Shown here one piece after another: positions 19,947-31,691 of a stretch of DNA of 64,000 bases. Position numbers and translations under genes: made by a program. The DNA is taken from the NCBI GenBank assembly GCA_024346625.1, contig AP024664.1, positions 1 through 64,000 of the forward strand, written 5' to 3'. The stretch comes from Williopsis jadinii (taxonomy: Eukaryota). The first letter of the stretch is position 1. Every line of letters starts with the position of its first letter. A model generated the notes under the pieces. The model had not been told where the DNA came from. It searched no databases and worked only from the letters and a program-made list of their open reading frames with translations.

Positions 19947-20070
19947 ATCCTTCTATACTGTGAATATCTCATTGTATGTGAACCATAACACCCAGAAATT
20001 CCTGTAATTGATACTGTATTGCGTGTATAATTGAATCATCATCACAGTAGATCGGAATTTATAGTGAATG

Positions 20071-20124
20071 GTCACGTGACATGTCTGAGTTCCGACTCGA
20101 GCTCATCTCATCACAAAAATTTTT
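20071..20124. promoter_or_regulatory. Ribi-type promoter of UTP14: Cbf1/E-box, PAC and RRPE motifs
   Basis: GTCACGTGAC at 20071-20080; GCTCATCTCATC at 20101-20112; AAAAATTTTT at 20115-20124. Confidence 0.65.
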
Positions 20125-20198
20125 CTTTCCTGCTTCATTGGAATTTTTGATGTTTTTATCAGTGTTTCATTATAAATAGTAGAACTTCAATTTCGCAA

Positions 20199-22766
20199 AT
20201 GGCAAAGGGTTCAAAGGTTAAGAGCCGCAAAGGCCATTCAAAGGCCAAATCTACGAGACGTGCTCAGAATGCTTTTGAAATTGCTAGTGCTCAAGAGAGA
20301 GCAAAACATGGTGATTTAGATAGCGATGATGATGATGGTGCCATTGTTAACCCAACGAGAGGATCTGATGATGAAGGTGAGGATCAAGAATTCGAAGATG
20401 AAGAGTTGGATTCTGATGAGGCACTAGGATCAGACGACGACTTTGATGTTTTAAGCTCCAAATTCTCTCAGACTCTTAGAGACAAGGCAAAGTCAAAGAA
20501 GAAATCAGGTACGAAGCATCAATCTGATGGACAAGAAGAAGAAGAAGAAGAAGAAGGCTATAACAGTATAGACGAATCTGAGCTAGTTCCATTATCTGCA
20601 GTTTGGGACTTGGATGAAAAGGACCGGAAAAGGTCTTCTGGAAAGGACATCGTTTTAAATGACGATTGGGAAACCGAATCTTCACAAGAGAGTGAAGACG
20701 ACTCTGAAAGTGAAGAGGATGATGACGATGAAGAAGAGTTCCCATTTGAACAAGGTGAAAGCGATGAAGATGAAGTTGAGCTGACACAGTTGAAGAAACA
20801 ACTGCAAAAGGGTGACAAAAGAGGGAAAAAACAGTACCAAGATCTAAATATCGAAGAGAACGAACTTGCACTGCCAGGTGGAGGTGATGCCATCACGCTT
20901 ACAGATATGATTTCCATCGTTGATAAGGATGCTTCGAAAAATGCAATCTTGATTGATAAGGAGGAAACTGAAACAAGTGGTAAATCCCTAGACGTTCCCT
21001 TGCCAAAGAGAATTCAACAAAGACATGAGCGTAAAGCAGCTTATCAAATCTCTAAGGATGAGGTGAATAAGTGGAAGGATACTGTGAAACAGAACAGAAA
21101 CGCAGAAGTGCTATCCTTCCCGCTGAATCCGAAGGTTCAACATAACGAGGCCTCTTCTTTCGCTTCAACGCCAGCGATGACAGATATGGAGAAGAAGATC
21201 AACGGATTACTCACTGAATCCGCATTACTCAACGAAAACCAAGAGGCTACCTTTGAAGAGATTCAAACTGCCAAGATGTCACCTGAAGAGGTCAGAAAGA
21301 GAACTGCTGAATTGAGAAAGATGAGGGAACTTATGTTCAGACAAGAGAGAGAAGCTAAAAGATTGAAAAAGATCAAGTCTAAGAGCTTCCGTAGAATCAA
21401 GAAGAAGGAGATGCTCAAGAATAAAGAGATGATTGACGGCTCAAGTGATGACGAAGATCACGATGCTAAACGTGCTGAGGAGAGAATGTCCTTGAAACAT
21501 AAAAACAACGCTTATGCCAAGTCTCTTGTGAGATCAGGACTGAGTAAAGATGGTGAAGCCAGAGAGGAAATGGAGGAGATGTTGAGACGTGGTGAAAGAC
21601 TTAAGGCCAAGATCTTGGATCGTGAAGATGAAGATGAAGAGTTTGGTGACATGAACAACCTCGATTTGGATAAGGAAGTTGACGAATCAAGTGACTCTGA
21701 ACTCCGTGACAAGTTGGGCAAAACTGGTGTTATGAACATGGCATTCATGAAGAATGCAGAAGCTCGTGAAAGAACTGCGAATGCAGAGGAAAGAGCTCGT
21801 CTACAAAAATTGAATGCCACTGGGGATTTAGAACAATTTCAAGAGGATGAAGTAAACTCTGTAAATATCTCTATAAACCCTGGAAGAAGAGTTTATACAC
21901 CAGGTGCTGGTGTTTCAAAGGCTGAAATTTCACATGTGAATAAGCAAGTTGTTGAGGAGGAAGCTATTGATAGCTCTAAGAGTCTCACGAATAGACTTGT
22001 GAAAGCACATGAGGGTAAATCCAAGAAGATGGCACCCGAATCTGAACAAGAAGGTGATGATGACGATGAAATACCATGGATGGCAAAGGATGACAAGCAG
22101 GTACAAAAGAGTAGAAAGGTGAAAGTCATTGACTCCAATTCTTCCAAGTTGGAGAAGAGTGGGAATAAGATTAGCAAACAACAGAAGAAGCGTAAAGCAA
22201 ATGAGATGGATGCAGATGATGAGATCCTGGAGATGGATGGTGTCATGAAACTCGTTGATCCACATGGAGAAGATTCTGGAAAAGAGGAAGAGGATGAGTC
22301 TCAAGTTCGTATGTTCAAACAGACCGATATGATGAAACAGGCATTTGCTGGCGATGAAGATGTCATTGCGGAGTTCAATGCCGAGAAGCGTAAGATTGTT
22401 GAAGATGAGGGAGATCAGGTTGAAGACTTGACACTGCCTGGCTGGGGTGATTGGGTAGGTGGTAACCATAAAACGAAAAAGAACAAAGTTCTCAAGAAGA
22501 AGAAGGGAATAGTCGATGCCAATAACCGTAAGGACAGGTTCAAGCAAAATGTTATCATCAACGAAAAGGTGAACAAGAAGAATGCCAAATACCAGGCACA
22601 AAATGTTCCATTCACATTTGAAACCAAGGATCAATACGAGAGAAGTTTAAGAATGCCTATTGGACAAGAATGGACTTCTAGAGAGACGCATCAAAGACTT
22701 ACAATGCCAAAGATCACTACAAAGCGTGGTGTTGTTATAGATCCATTAAAAGCACCTTTCAAATAG
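20199..22766 (+). CDS. UTP14: SSU processome subunit Utp14
   Basis: KRLKKIKSK, AEERMSLKH, TLPGWGDW, YERSLRMPIGQEW, GVVIDPLKAPF. Confidence 0.96.
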   Translation: MAKGSKVKSRKGHSKAKSTRRAQNAFEIASAQERAKHGDLDSDDDDGAIVNPTRGSDDEGEDQEFEDEELDSDEALGSDDDFDVLSSKFSQTLRDKAKSKKKSGTKHQSDGQEEEEEEEGYNSIDESELVPLSAVWDLDEKDRKRSSGKDIVLNDDWETESSQESEDDSESEEDDDDEEEFPFEQGESDEDEVELTQLKKQLQKGDKRGKKQYQDLNIEENELALPGGGDAITLTDMISIVDKDASKNAILIDKEETETSGKSLDVPLPKRIQQRHERKAAYQISKDEVNKWKDTVKQNRNAEVLSFPLNPKVQHNEASSFASTPAMTDMEKKINGLLTESALLNENQEATFEEIQTAKMSPEEVRKRTAELRKMRELMFRQEREAKRLKKIKSKSFRRIKKKEMLKNKEMIDGSSDDEDHDAKRAEERMSLKHKNNAYAKSLVRSGLSKDGEAREEMEEMLRRGERLKAKILDREDEDEEFGDMNNLDLDKEVDESSDSELRDKLGKTGVMNMAFMKNAEARERTANAEERARLQKLNATGDLEQFQEDEVNSVNISINPGRRVYTPGAGVSKAEISHVNKQVVEEEAIDSSKSLTNRLVKAHEGKSKKMAPESEQEGDDDDEIPWMAKDDKQVQKSRKVKVIDSNSSKLEKSGNKISKQQKKRKANEMDADDEILEMDGVMKLVDPHGEDSGKEEEDESQVRMFKQTDMMKQAFAGDEDVIAEFNAEKRKIVEDEGDQVEDLTLPGWGDWVGGNHKTKKNKVLKKKKGIVDANNRKDRFKQNVIINEKVNKKNAKYQAQNVPFTFETKDQYERSLRMPIGQEWTSRETHQRLTMPKITTKRGVVIDPLKAPFK

Positions 22767-22802
22767 AAAGAAATGAAAAGGAGAGTGGGTGGTTATTCTT
22801 CT

Positions 22803-23555
22803 TCATAAACTATCTAATCTATCGTTAATCTCCTGTGGCGTAAGTTTTCTAAATCTTGGTCCAACTTGGTCTTTGACTCCTTGGAACCCTAACAGGGAAT
22901 CGTTTGGTTCACCAATGACGGCGATTTCCACGGTGTCACCGTTCATATCACCTTCGATAGACTCCTTCAAAGTCAGTAGCGCAATATGAATCGCATCTTC
23001 CAGCTCCAGTTCTTCGTTCCATCTCTTCTCCAAGAAGGTCTTTGCCGCAACAGAGCCCTTTCCAATAGCCGTAGCCTTCCAAGGGAAGTAGGAGCCTGAA
23101 GGGTCAACTTGGTATAGTCCAAATTTGTTATGATCGTCATAGCCTGCAACCAATAACGAGACACCAAATGGTCTAACACCACCTGATTGCGTAGATTCCT
23201 GCATAACTTTAGCAATCTCACTGACCAAGATCTTTGTTGGTGGATACTCGTTGTAGATTCTCTTGTAGTTTGTATGAGAGACTTTTCTAGCCTTATCCAC
23301 CAGAACACGGAAGTCTGGGCCCATTCCTGAATAGACAGCACCGATGTCTGGAGTTATAAGAGAGATCTTGGACAGCGAGTCCTTGTTGAGTAGAGTAGAA
23401 TTCGCCTTCTTCTCAGTGGCCAACACTATACCGTTGGTCGCCTTGATACCCAAGGAGGTGACACCTTGTTTCACCGCATTGAGAGCATATTCAATCTGCA
23501 CAAGCTTACCACTTGGCGAGAATGTTGTTAAGGAGAAGGAGTATCTATCAGCCAT
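22803..23555 (-). CDS. PRE8: 20S proteasome alpha-2 subunit
   Basis: [34 protein letters not shown]. Confidence 0.98.
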   Translation of the reverse strand: MADRYSFSLTTFSPSGKLVQIEYALNAVKQGVTSLGIKATNGIVLATEKKANSTLLNKDSLSKISLITPDIGAVYSGMGPDFRVLVDKARKVSHTNYKRIYNEYPPTKILVSEIAKVMQESTQSGGVRPFGVSLLVAGYDDHNKFGLYQVDPSGSYFPWKATAIGKGSVAAKTFLEKRWNEELELEDAIHIALLTLKESIEGDMNGDTVEIAVIGEPNDSLLGFQGVKDQVGPRFRKLTPQEINDRLDSL

Positions 23556-23705
23556 TGTTTGTTTCTAATGTTTGAGGGTTTCCTATGGCTTCACAGTTGT
23601 TGTTTTGATGGTTCTGTTTTGATTTTTCGCCATCCCGGGACGATTTGCCCGTGAGAAAAATGGCAGATTACTTCAACTACTATTACTATCACCACAATAT
23701 ACCAT

Positions 23706-24287
23706 TTATGATCTAAACTTCCTCTGCGATAGTATTAACTGTCTTTGCAAGTCCCTTGGAACAGCTTTTGAATGCATGAAATTACACATACCACCACGTT
23801 CGCAGCTCTTAGTCTCATGTTGACGACAAATGGCATCCTTAAAGTGTGATACTGGACTCAGTTCACAATAAACAGGTCTACCATTGTACCAACGCGAGCT
23901 GAAGTTATCCCTTGCCCTGAGAGCATCTTCTTCTTTGGCAAACTTAACGTAGACGTTTCCGTTCAAATGGTCATTCTCGTTCTCACAAACAACAAGGTCT
24001 TCGACCTGTCCAATCAGTGAGCTCTCCACAAAGATATCCTTATAAAAGTTCTCAAACTCCTGGTCTTTCTTCTTGGCTTCATCCAACTGGTTCCCCAAGT
24101 CTTGTGGTCTGTATAGATTCGTCAGGATGATCGTATGTGAATGTGAAGGTCTTGTGTGCTTTCTAGAACATTTCTCACCATGACGGCATGCTCCAATTTT
24201 GGTGTAAAATTGACTTGAATATATCCCAGTTAGTAAAGAAACAAACACACGGTGCAAATATACTCACCATATAATGGAATCCGACAT
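23706..24287 (-). CDS. U2AF1: Splicing factor U2AF small subunit (U2AF35/U2AF23); exons 24287-24268 and 24213-23706
   Basis: A 54-nt intron GTGAGT..TACTAAC..AAG restores [26 protein letters not shown] (CCCH finger); UHM motif HLNGNVYVKF; second CCCH finger C..CERGGMCNFMH. Confidence 0.9.
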
Positions 24288-24462
24288 ATCCTCTCCCAGT
24301 TTATTGGTTTGTTAAATTCTGATGACAAAAGAGTACAAGTTTTGTACGTTCTTTCCTTTTGGTGATGATTTCAGTTTTTGCTTTTTTTTGGTGCCGAAGG
24401 GCCTCTTCTCTGGTGCATTTTGACATCTTTCCACCGTCAAAAGAGAAACACCAAAGCACACG

Positions 24463-25121
24463 ATGGGCGTAAGTTTACTCATCCCTAGTGATACTATAAG
24501 GGAGAATAGCATATACTGACAAAGCTGTAGGCAGACGGGTCGGTTAAACTCAAGCGTAAAGAGCTCGTAAAGGAATCGAAAGGTGACAAGATTGATAGAA
24601 TCGCACAGATAGAATACAACAATGAACGATGGACAACGTGTCAGCTGAGTAACAAACCGCTCCGAGACCCCGTGGTGAGTGATTATAAAGGCTTGCTCTA
24701 CAATAAGGAGTCGATATTGGAGTACTTGGTTGAGCCAGACAACTTCAATGAAAAGCAGAGGCAGAATCTATCGCATATAAAATCTCTGAAGGATGTTGTT
24801 GCCTTAAAGACACACAACTTCAAGTGTCCATTGAGTGATAAGGAACTGGGCAATGGAGGCATAAACTACGTCTATCTCATTCCCTGTGGTGACTGTATGG
24901 CGCAAAAATGTCTAGAGCTGAACGATACGAGACAGTGTCCTGTTTGCGACCTACCATATGAGGACACCATCGTGATTAATCCAACGTCATCAGAAACCGT
25001 CCAAGAGTTGGAAAAGAGAATGGAGATCCTAGGATCAAAGGGGCTGACACACTCCTTAAAGAAGCTCAAAAGGAAGAAACCAAGTACAAATGGATCAAGT
25101 AAGAAACAAAAGAAATCCTGA
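24463..25121 (+). CDS. RTF2: Rtf2 RING-like protein; exons 24463-24468 and 24531-25121
   Basis: A 62-nt intron GTAAGT..TACTGAC..TAG gives MGADGSVKLKRKELVK..WTTCQLSNKPL..VVSDYKGLLYNKESILEYL, then PCG..CPVC. Confidence 0.85.
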
Positions 25122-25220
25122 TAGACTGTTTTTTTTTTTTTCATATACAGAAAGAGGAACGTATGGACAAGAATTTGAGAGCATATGAACAAAATAAAAG
25201 CACCATTGGTTTGAAAAACA

Positions 25221-25466
25221 TCACTGTTGTGGTTGTTGTTGGTCTTCCTCCGCAGGTTTCTATCAACAAGTTAGTTATCATTCATCAGGGTTCCAATATG
25301 ATATACTTACAGCAGCCAATTGTTGTTGTTGTTCAAACTTCTTTCCATTCTGATAGATGGTCCACGATAATCCACCAACGATGTAGAAACAACCACCAAC
25401 AAGGGTCAGAACTGTTAGACGATGTACTGTATCAGCAACTCTTGTGTACCATGCGTATTTAGCCAT
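25221..25466 (-). CDS. COX14: Cytochrome c oxidase assembly factor Cox14; probable exons 25466-25311 and 25259-25221
   Basis: [25 protein letters not shown]; a 51-nt intron GTAAGT..AACTAAC..TAG near the 3' end; adjacent to MSC1 as in S. cerevisiae. Confidence 0.88.
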
Positions 25467-25714
25467 CTTTGTTTTGTTATGGGGTTTGTAGAACTTGGTT
25501 TCGTTTTTGTGATCAAAACACAAGGGAGCTTGTACGTTTTTGTGGTCTCGCTTTTTTTTTTGGAGGGAACTACAGAAAATTTGATCGAAGCCCGAATGTA
25601 TTTCCCCTGGGAAGATTATATTATATTATACACATTATAATTATAATCTTAAGCTACACGTTCCCTAGGGACATCTTTGTTTTATGCTTTGTGCTTTGAA
25701 GAAAACTATAAGAT

Positions 25715-27304
25715 TTATTGTTTCAACTGTAAGCGGATGTAGTTGATAAGGGCTCTCCAGTAGTACAAAGCGTTGTTGAAGAAACTAGCTGCAACGTACT
25801 TCACTTGGGCTCTAACACCATTGGCAGAATCGGATGCACTGGAGGAGAATCCATCACCGTTGATAAACCACACGGTATTTTGTTTGGCCTTGGCCAACAA
25901 CTCCTCCCTCTTGGTGGTCTTTGTCTTGATTCCAAAGCTGGAGAGATACTTCTTCAGATCAGAGTCACTCCACTTGTCAAAGAGCGTTGCTTTCTTCGTA
26001 CCATATCCAGTAGCGTCTGCAACCTTTTCCTGAGCAGTTTGGGCAAGCCCTTCAGCTCCAGAGACGAAGGACTTGTAAGCTTCATTGGCCCTTGAGTACA
26101 AGTCTTGGGACCCTTGCTGGACATTCGAGCCTTGTTCCTCGAGCCATTTCTGAACATTCTCTTTGCTCCAACCTTCGAAGAAGGCATCGCTGTTGAAATT
26201 CTTGATTGGCTTGTACTTGTTCTCCTTCACGAGGTTCACCAAGTCATATCTCGTAGAAAACATTGGGATCTTGACATCACGAGCTTCCAAAAAAGCCCTC
26301 AGACGTGACTTGCTCCAATCATCAACACCAACTAAAAACGTATCGTTGATAACTTCATCTGCCTTCTTAGATCCCTTCTCCAAATATGGTGAAGCGGTTT
26401 TAGAAGCCTTTGAGACCCAATAGTCGATATCACCTTTCAGGTCGCTTGAGTGCTTTGAAGCCAAGGCTAACAGCTCTTTTTGGTTGTTCTTTGCAGACTC
26501 TTGCAATTCAACGCCATGAGTCTTTAACCAGGAGTACAACTGGGACTCTGTCCAGGAGTTGAAAACATCATCTTTCAACTCGCCAGCTTTGTCAAATAGT
26601 GACTTTGAGGTTAAGTCCAAGGAATCCAAAACACTGTCACGCTCATCAATGGCATATTGTGATGCCCTGTAAGCATTGTCACGAACTTTGCGAACCAACT
26701 CGTCTTTGGAAGCCTTCGTAGAAGAGTATTCAACGCCGTACTGCTTCAACCATTTTTCCAAGTCAGACTTGTCCCATGAAGAGTAGAGCCAATCTCCTGG
26801 GTATTTACCAGAGGATTTGAAGTGCTTTGCAATGGCATCATAGTTGTCCTGTGCCAGCTTCTCCAATTGGGAACGTGTAACGCTCTTGGTCTTATCGTAC
26901 TTAATGCCCGCAGCTTGAAGCAACTTTTCCAGCTCAGTAGTGGACCATGTAGCAAACACCCAACCTTTCAAGTTATCAAAATCGGCTTGAGAATACCAAT
27001 CGTTGACGGTCTTTGTAGCCTCTGTTGAAGCACCCAACACCTTTTGCTTGATAGACTCGAAACTAAACCAAGAAGGCTCTGAAGGATATGTTGGTGCTCT
27101 TTGGTTGGCACGCAGTTGCCATTGTTTCTTACTCAAATCTCTCAACTCCTGTAGTGTGGCTTTCTTTTCATCGTATGAGACCGAGGTGTCTCTGAGATAA
27201 TCTCTGAGGTCCTCAACATCCCACGAATCAATAACGTTGGTGGAAAGTGCAGCTGATGCACCTGTAATAAGTACCAGTGCTTTTAGCAAGTTTGAAGCTT
27301 TCAT
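25715..27304 (-). CDS. MSC1: Msc1/Ish1 family stress-responsive nuclear envelope protein
   Basis: Signal peptide followed by repeated (F)xxWSxxxLxxWLxxxG Ish1 modules; synteny with COX14 and RSC9. Confidence 0.9.
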   Translation of the reverse strand: MKASNLLKALVLITGASAALSTNVIDSWDVEDLRDYLRDTSVSYDEKKATLQELRDLSKKQWQLRANQRAPTYPSEPSWFSFESIKQKVLGASTEATKTVNDWYSQADFDNLKGWVFATWSTTELEKLLQAAGIKYDKTKSVTRSQLEKLAQDNYDAIAKHFKSSGKYPGDWLYSSWDKSDLEKWLKQYGVEYSSTKASKDELVRKVRDNAYRASQYAIDERDSVLDSLDLTSKSLFDKAGELKDDVFNSWTESQLYSWLKTHGVELQESAKNNQKELLALASKHSSDLKGDIDYWVSKASKTASPYLEKGSKKADEVINDTFLVGVDDWSKSRLRAFLEARDVKIPMFSTRYDLVNLVKENKYKPIKNFNSDAFFEGWSKENVQKWLEEQGSNVQQGSQDLYSRANEAYKSFVSGAEGLAQTAQEKVADATGYGTKKATLFDKWSDSDLKKYLSSFGIKTKTTKREELLAKAKQNTVWFINGDGFSSSASDSANGVRAQVKYVAASFFNNALYYWRALINYIRLQLKQ

Positions 27305-28335
27305 TACTTTACAGTACTAATGTCCGAATGAACGGGATGCAGAGGATGGAAAGAGATGGAGCAAAGAGAGAAGCTTTGTTCAATTTATAGAGTTCTAATT
27401 CCTATTCCACTACATGGCTCATAGCAATGAACCTGGGGGCGCTGAAAAGAAACATCATAGCAAAAAAGCAAGCTTGTTACACAACATGCATAATTCATAA
27501 GAGCAATGACGTTTTCGGCCACATGAAAATGTCACCGCTCTCTTAGTTAACGGGCACACACGTGAAAGCAACCAAATAAAGCTTTCCGACAATGGGGACT
27601 TTTCATTTGAAAGTTCGAAATCGATTAACTCATTTGATATTTCCCTGTAGGAAAGCCAATGGAAGTTGAACTCGAAAGCCCGCTTGATCTTTTATATACG
27701 AAAGAGGTACGTCCCTGCATCGTGGCACGCAATGGCCAAATGAAGAGGTGTATGGGTGTTTCACCACCACTAAATTATGGTATTAGCTTTGTATCGAGTT
27801 AAGAGGCAGAACTGTGTGTATGTTTGTACTTTGAAGTACACTTGGTGTCAATTGAGGAGATAATGAATCTTCTCGAGATAAATGCGTGTATTTTTCGATT
27901 ATAACACTTTGTTTTTTGATGTTAGTTTTATACATGCTCCTCTTTGATTTTTGAATTATATGACTTAAGGCTTCATTTTCTAAGATCTCGGTTGTAAGCG
28001 TTTACTGAATCATTTTGAAAGTACGATTGTCATCCACTAATAATCAATCATATTCGAATATCCATAGTAACAGATAGAAAGACCCTATATTCCGAGGCAT
28101 TAAACATACAAACTGCCGAATAAATAAAACACCGGCGTGTGAATACTCGCTGCTCTTAACACCCGAACACCAACTGTGTACACTTCTGTGTTTTTTTTTT
28201 TTGCGCAAACCCGTTCGAATTTTCCCTACGGCGGCTCCAAAGAAAATGTAAACAACACCAAACAAACAACTTTGAAGAAAGACCCATCACGTCATCAGGG
28301 TCGCACACCAACACTGACACCTGTAGAAGCAAACA

Positions 28336-29877
28336 ATGTCATACACAGATTTCTCGAACTTGGTGGTTCCCACACCAATCTCAATACCAATGGACCATCA
28401 CATTGCTCCGGGGTCACGTTTGAACATCAACCCGGCTGTTCTGAACCTTCCAGGAACCAATACTCAGGGTGCTGATATCATGACTCAGCTGCAGTTCAGT
28501 CTGAAGGCGTCAATCAACTTGGACTGGTGTAAGAGAACGCTGCTGCATTTCAGCAGGGACAGCAATACCTCTTTTATGATCAACCAACCATGGGCGTTGG
28601 AATACCTATTGGAGGATCTGCGTTCAAATTTCGATAAGACAAGTGCGTTGACGTTGAGAAACCTATCACAGGATTCGGATTTCACCCAGCTATTGGCATC
28701 GAACCCAAGAACTAAGAAAATCCTCCTAGAAGTGTTGGAAAATTTCCAAGATGACAAGGAAGACAAGGCAGTAGAGGAAACTGACCCAAGGTTCAAAAAC
28801 ATCGACGACGAACTGCTGATTTACACTGTCGACATTGTTGAAAGTGTATCGTCTTACTACGCGCCTTTACCTAAGAATGATGACCTCCTCCTATCTTTGA
28901 GCCAGATATTCTTACAGAGCAATGATCGTTCGCTGGTTATCTCTCTTATGAGATCATTTGCAAGATTTTTGGTACGCTCGGAAACTACAGAGGACAACTG
29001 TGCTTCAAACTTCACTTCGCCGATTTTGGACAGAGTGGCATCTTTCCTCTTGACAAATGACTATGACTTAATCCTAACATCTTTGGATTTCTTGTACCAG
29101 TACTCTTTACCGGGAATCGTTAGAGTTTCACACTTGCTGAGATCTACAACTAGACAGGATATACTTAGATCAAGCTTGCCAAAATTGTTAACTTTCCAAC
29201 AGAATGTTTCAAAGAACCCCAACAATCTCAAATCTTTACAACCTATGAGACTGGTGAAACGTACAAAACCACCAGTTCCAGAGACTGCTCCAAAGTTGTT
29301 ACCAGAACATTACCGACAAATTTCACTGTTACCTGAACCTTTGAGAGCCACTGCATGGATGAGATGCTGTTATAAGTTTGTACCAACGAGCGATGTTACT
29401 CAGATTTCTCTGTGGAAAGCTTATGAACAGCAATTTGAAAAAGATATCACCAAAAAGAAACTCTTACCTGCAGTTGATTTCATCAAAAATGTATCACAGG
29501 CATTTAACAATTCCAGTGCGATGGTGATCAACTTGCCTAACGGCCAAAGAAGATTTATTATTAAGGGAATCGAGCCTAGACAGGTCTCAGTTGATATTAA
29601 GACAGGTGATTTAGAGGCCTTTGGCCACATTAAACCTAAAGAGGAGAATGAGGTTGTCTCAGCGAAATCTGTCCAAGAACCGGTGCAAGTGTATGTACCA
29701 CCAACAACTCTTAACGATGTCAACAGTTCCGCAGTTATGCTGTTAACTTCACTGACGAATAACCCACAAGGTGCAGAGTTGTTCAAACCTGACTTTGAAG
29801 AGTTGATGAAGTGTTTTGAATCGTTCCCTGTTTTGTTCGATGAATTGGTTGATGTGTTCAAATACTTACAGGATTGA
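28336..29877 (+). CDS. RSC9: RSC chromatin remodelling subunit Rsc9
   Basis: LDFLYQY, EPLRATAWMRCC, VTQISLWKAYE, AVDFIKNVS..F..SSAMVI, FIIKGI (RFX-like domain). Confidence 0.92.
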   Translation: MSYTDFSNLVVPTPISIPMDHHIAPGSRLNINPAVLNLPGTNTQGADIMTQLQFSLKASINLDWCKRTLLHFSRDSNTSFMINQPWALEYLLEDLRSNFDKTSALTLRNLSQDSDFTQLLASNPRTKKILLEVLENFQDDKEDKAVEETDPRFKNIDDELLIYTVDIVESVSSYYAPLPKNDDLLLSLSQIFLQSNDRSLVISLMRSFARFLVRSETTEDNCASNFTSPILDRVASFLLTNDYDLILTSLDFLYQYSLPGIVRVSHLLRSTTRQDILRSSLPKLLTFQQNVSKNPNNLKSLQPMRLVKRTKPPVPETAPKLLPEHYRQISLLPEPLRATAWMRCCYKFVPTSDVTQISLWKAYEQQFEKDITKKKLLPAVDFIKNVSQAFNNSSAMVINLPNGQRRFIIKGIEPRQVSVDIKTGDLEAFGHIKPKEENEVVSAKSVQEPVQVYVPPTTLNDVNSSAVMLLTSLTNNPQGAELFKPDFEELMKCFESFPVLFDELVDVFKYLQD

Positions 29878-30204
29878 TTTTGTTATACAGACAAGAGAGA
29901 AGAAATGTTTCAATTTGGCAGGATCGGTGTAGAACTTATTTATGGCTACAAGCTCCTTCACAAGCGATGAACTAATTTCAACCACCACCTTTTGGAGGCT
30001 TGGAACGTGCACTAGGGCCGTGGGATAACTTTGGTAGGTTCCGGTCCTTGGCTTTTCAAAAGCGCCCTATTAAGCATGCTCATACTCGGCAATATGTGTA
30101 CTCAGATATTGACACCAAGAGTATATAAACGTGGATGTGAGCTGTTGTCTGACCACCCTTTTCCCTCTTGAACAAGAGAACCCCATTAAGCACAGGAGGA
30201 TAAT

Positions 30205-31071
30205 ATGTTCGTACTTCCTTGGGGACCATCGTTATTTTTGTCGATAATTACTCTAATCCTTTCAAGTCTTACTCTTTTCTACAATGAACCCCGTTCAGCT
30301 GTTTATATCTTTGAGTTGGACTTCACCAAGACAAATTTCTCTCAAGTCATCACCGCTGAAGGTGTCGAAGATGTGAACACATTGTATACAGACCCCTATG
30401 TCTTAAGATATGGGCTCTGGGGGTATTGTAAGGGAGTTTATGCACAGAATAGCAATGGTGCAATCGATACGTCTGTTGTTGTTGAAACGTGGTGCAGCGA
30501 AACCAGTGGTGGCCATGTTGATGACGTTATAGATAGCTTTTTGACGATGATTGAATCACCAGCTGGTCAAGAAGTTAATGTGAGCTCAACGTTCCCTAGA
30601 AATCAGGACAGTGACATTGAAGTGGCATATAGAAGTGCACTAGGCGCATTTGTTGCAACATTGCTATCCCTTGTATTACTGGTGACTGTTATTAACCTAC
30701 ATGTCTTCAAGGTTGTTTCAAATACTGTCATCAGCTATATCCTTTGTATAGGTACCTTATTATCCTTTGTTCAATGGGCTTGCATGGCCATTGCAATATC
30801 CACTATGGATGTTTCCATAAGTACGTGGTCCAAACTTACATATGTGACGGTTACAAGAGGTGACTTATGGTTTTCTCTGGCGTTGAGTTCACTGATTATT
30901 GGCATCTGTGTCTTCATGTCAATGTTGGGCATCGTCATGTGGCAAGGTAACAAGACCGAGTATCAGCCAGTCCCTCCTGCGACTGCGACCAACGAGTCGG
31001 GAAAACTATATACCAGTCAAGAGAATTTGGATGAAATCATTGAGGTATCAGGTGAACGAGCACATGGCTAG
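30205..31071 (+). CDS. SUR7/PalI-family membrane protein
   Basis: N-terminal TM segment, YGLWGYC..C motif, three C-terminal TM segments; TATA at ~30122. Confidence 0.7.
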   Translation: MFVLPWGPSLFLSIITLILSSLTLFYNEPRSAVYIFELDFTKTNFSQVITAEGVEDVNTLYTDPYVLRYGLWGYCKGVYAQNSNGAIDTSVVVETWCSETSGGHVDDVIDSFLTMIESPAGQEVNVSSTFPRNQDSDIEVAYRSALGAFVATLLSLVLLVTVINLHVFKVVSNTVISYILCIGTLLSFVQWACMAIAISTMDVSISTWSKLTYVTVTRGDLWFSLALSSLIIGICVFMSMLGIVMWQGNKTEYQPVPPATATNESGKLYTSQENLDEIIEVSGERAHG

Positions 31072-31640
31072 ACTATGTATCACATTCGACTTTAATGGTC
31101 TAGTCAAATAATTATACATGGAGTTTTTTAGGCCATGCATCCAGTGTACATGACAACGTCTGCGTTCGTGAACCCTGTACTAATAATACACCATAGACCT
31201 GCTCACAGGCATTAGTATCGCATATTAAACCACATTCAACAATCAACTGTGCTTTCTGTACTAGATAACAATGACTGGGTATATATGAACGTTTGTGACT
31301 ATTTGGGAACTGAGTCCTCTAACAGTTGTCGCGGGCCTATACATCAGTGCACTAAAACCTGTTTCATTCACTCACCATTTTCCTAACGTCCATTTCCAAA
31401 CGGCTCAAGCACCTTGGAATAGTGAACTTGTGTTTAATGGCTCTCAACAGCAAGTTCACGAGCTTAATAATCCTGTATACGGTATAAAATCGTCACTGTG
31501 TGCCCAAGTATCTTGTAATGAAACAACCTCGTGTGTCCATCACAGTATTATGTAATAAATTATATAATCAAACCAACAAAAAGTCACACACACCACCGCA
31601 CACAAAGAACATTTTTCCCGACAACGCGTCGTTTGATGAT

Positions 31641-31691
31641 TATACGAGCGAATTGGGCAACGCGATCATATTTTTCTTCTTTCCTAAACGA
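31641..31691. promoter_or_regulatory. Sterol regulatory elements (Upc2/Ecm22 type) upstream of ERG13
   Basis: TATACGA (= TCGTATA) at 31641-31647 and CTAAACGA (= TCGTTTAG) at 31684-31691. Confidence 0.65.

Noticed and set aside
19955..20052. TACTGTGA/TCACAGTA inverted repeat with a C-box-like TGATGA on the minus strand
   Set aside because: No D box (CTGA) next to the stem and no recognisable rRNA guide.
20476..22634. Several antisense ORFs (up to 234 aa) inside UTP14
   Set aside because: Ser/Leu/Phe-rich mirror images of the Glu/Asp/Lys-rich sense frame.
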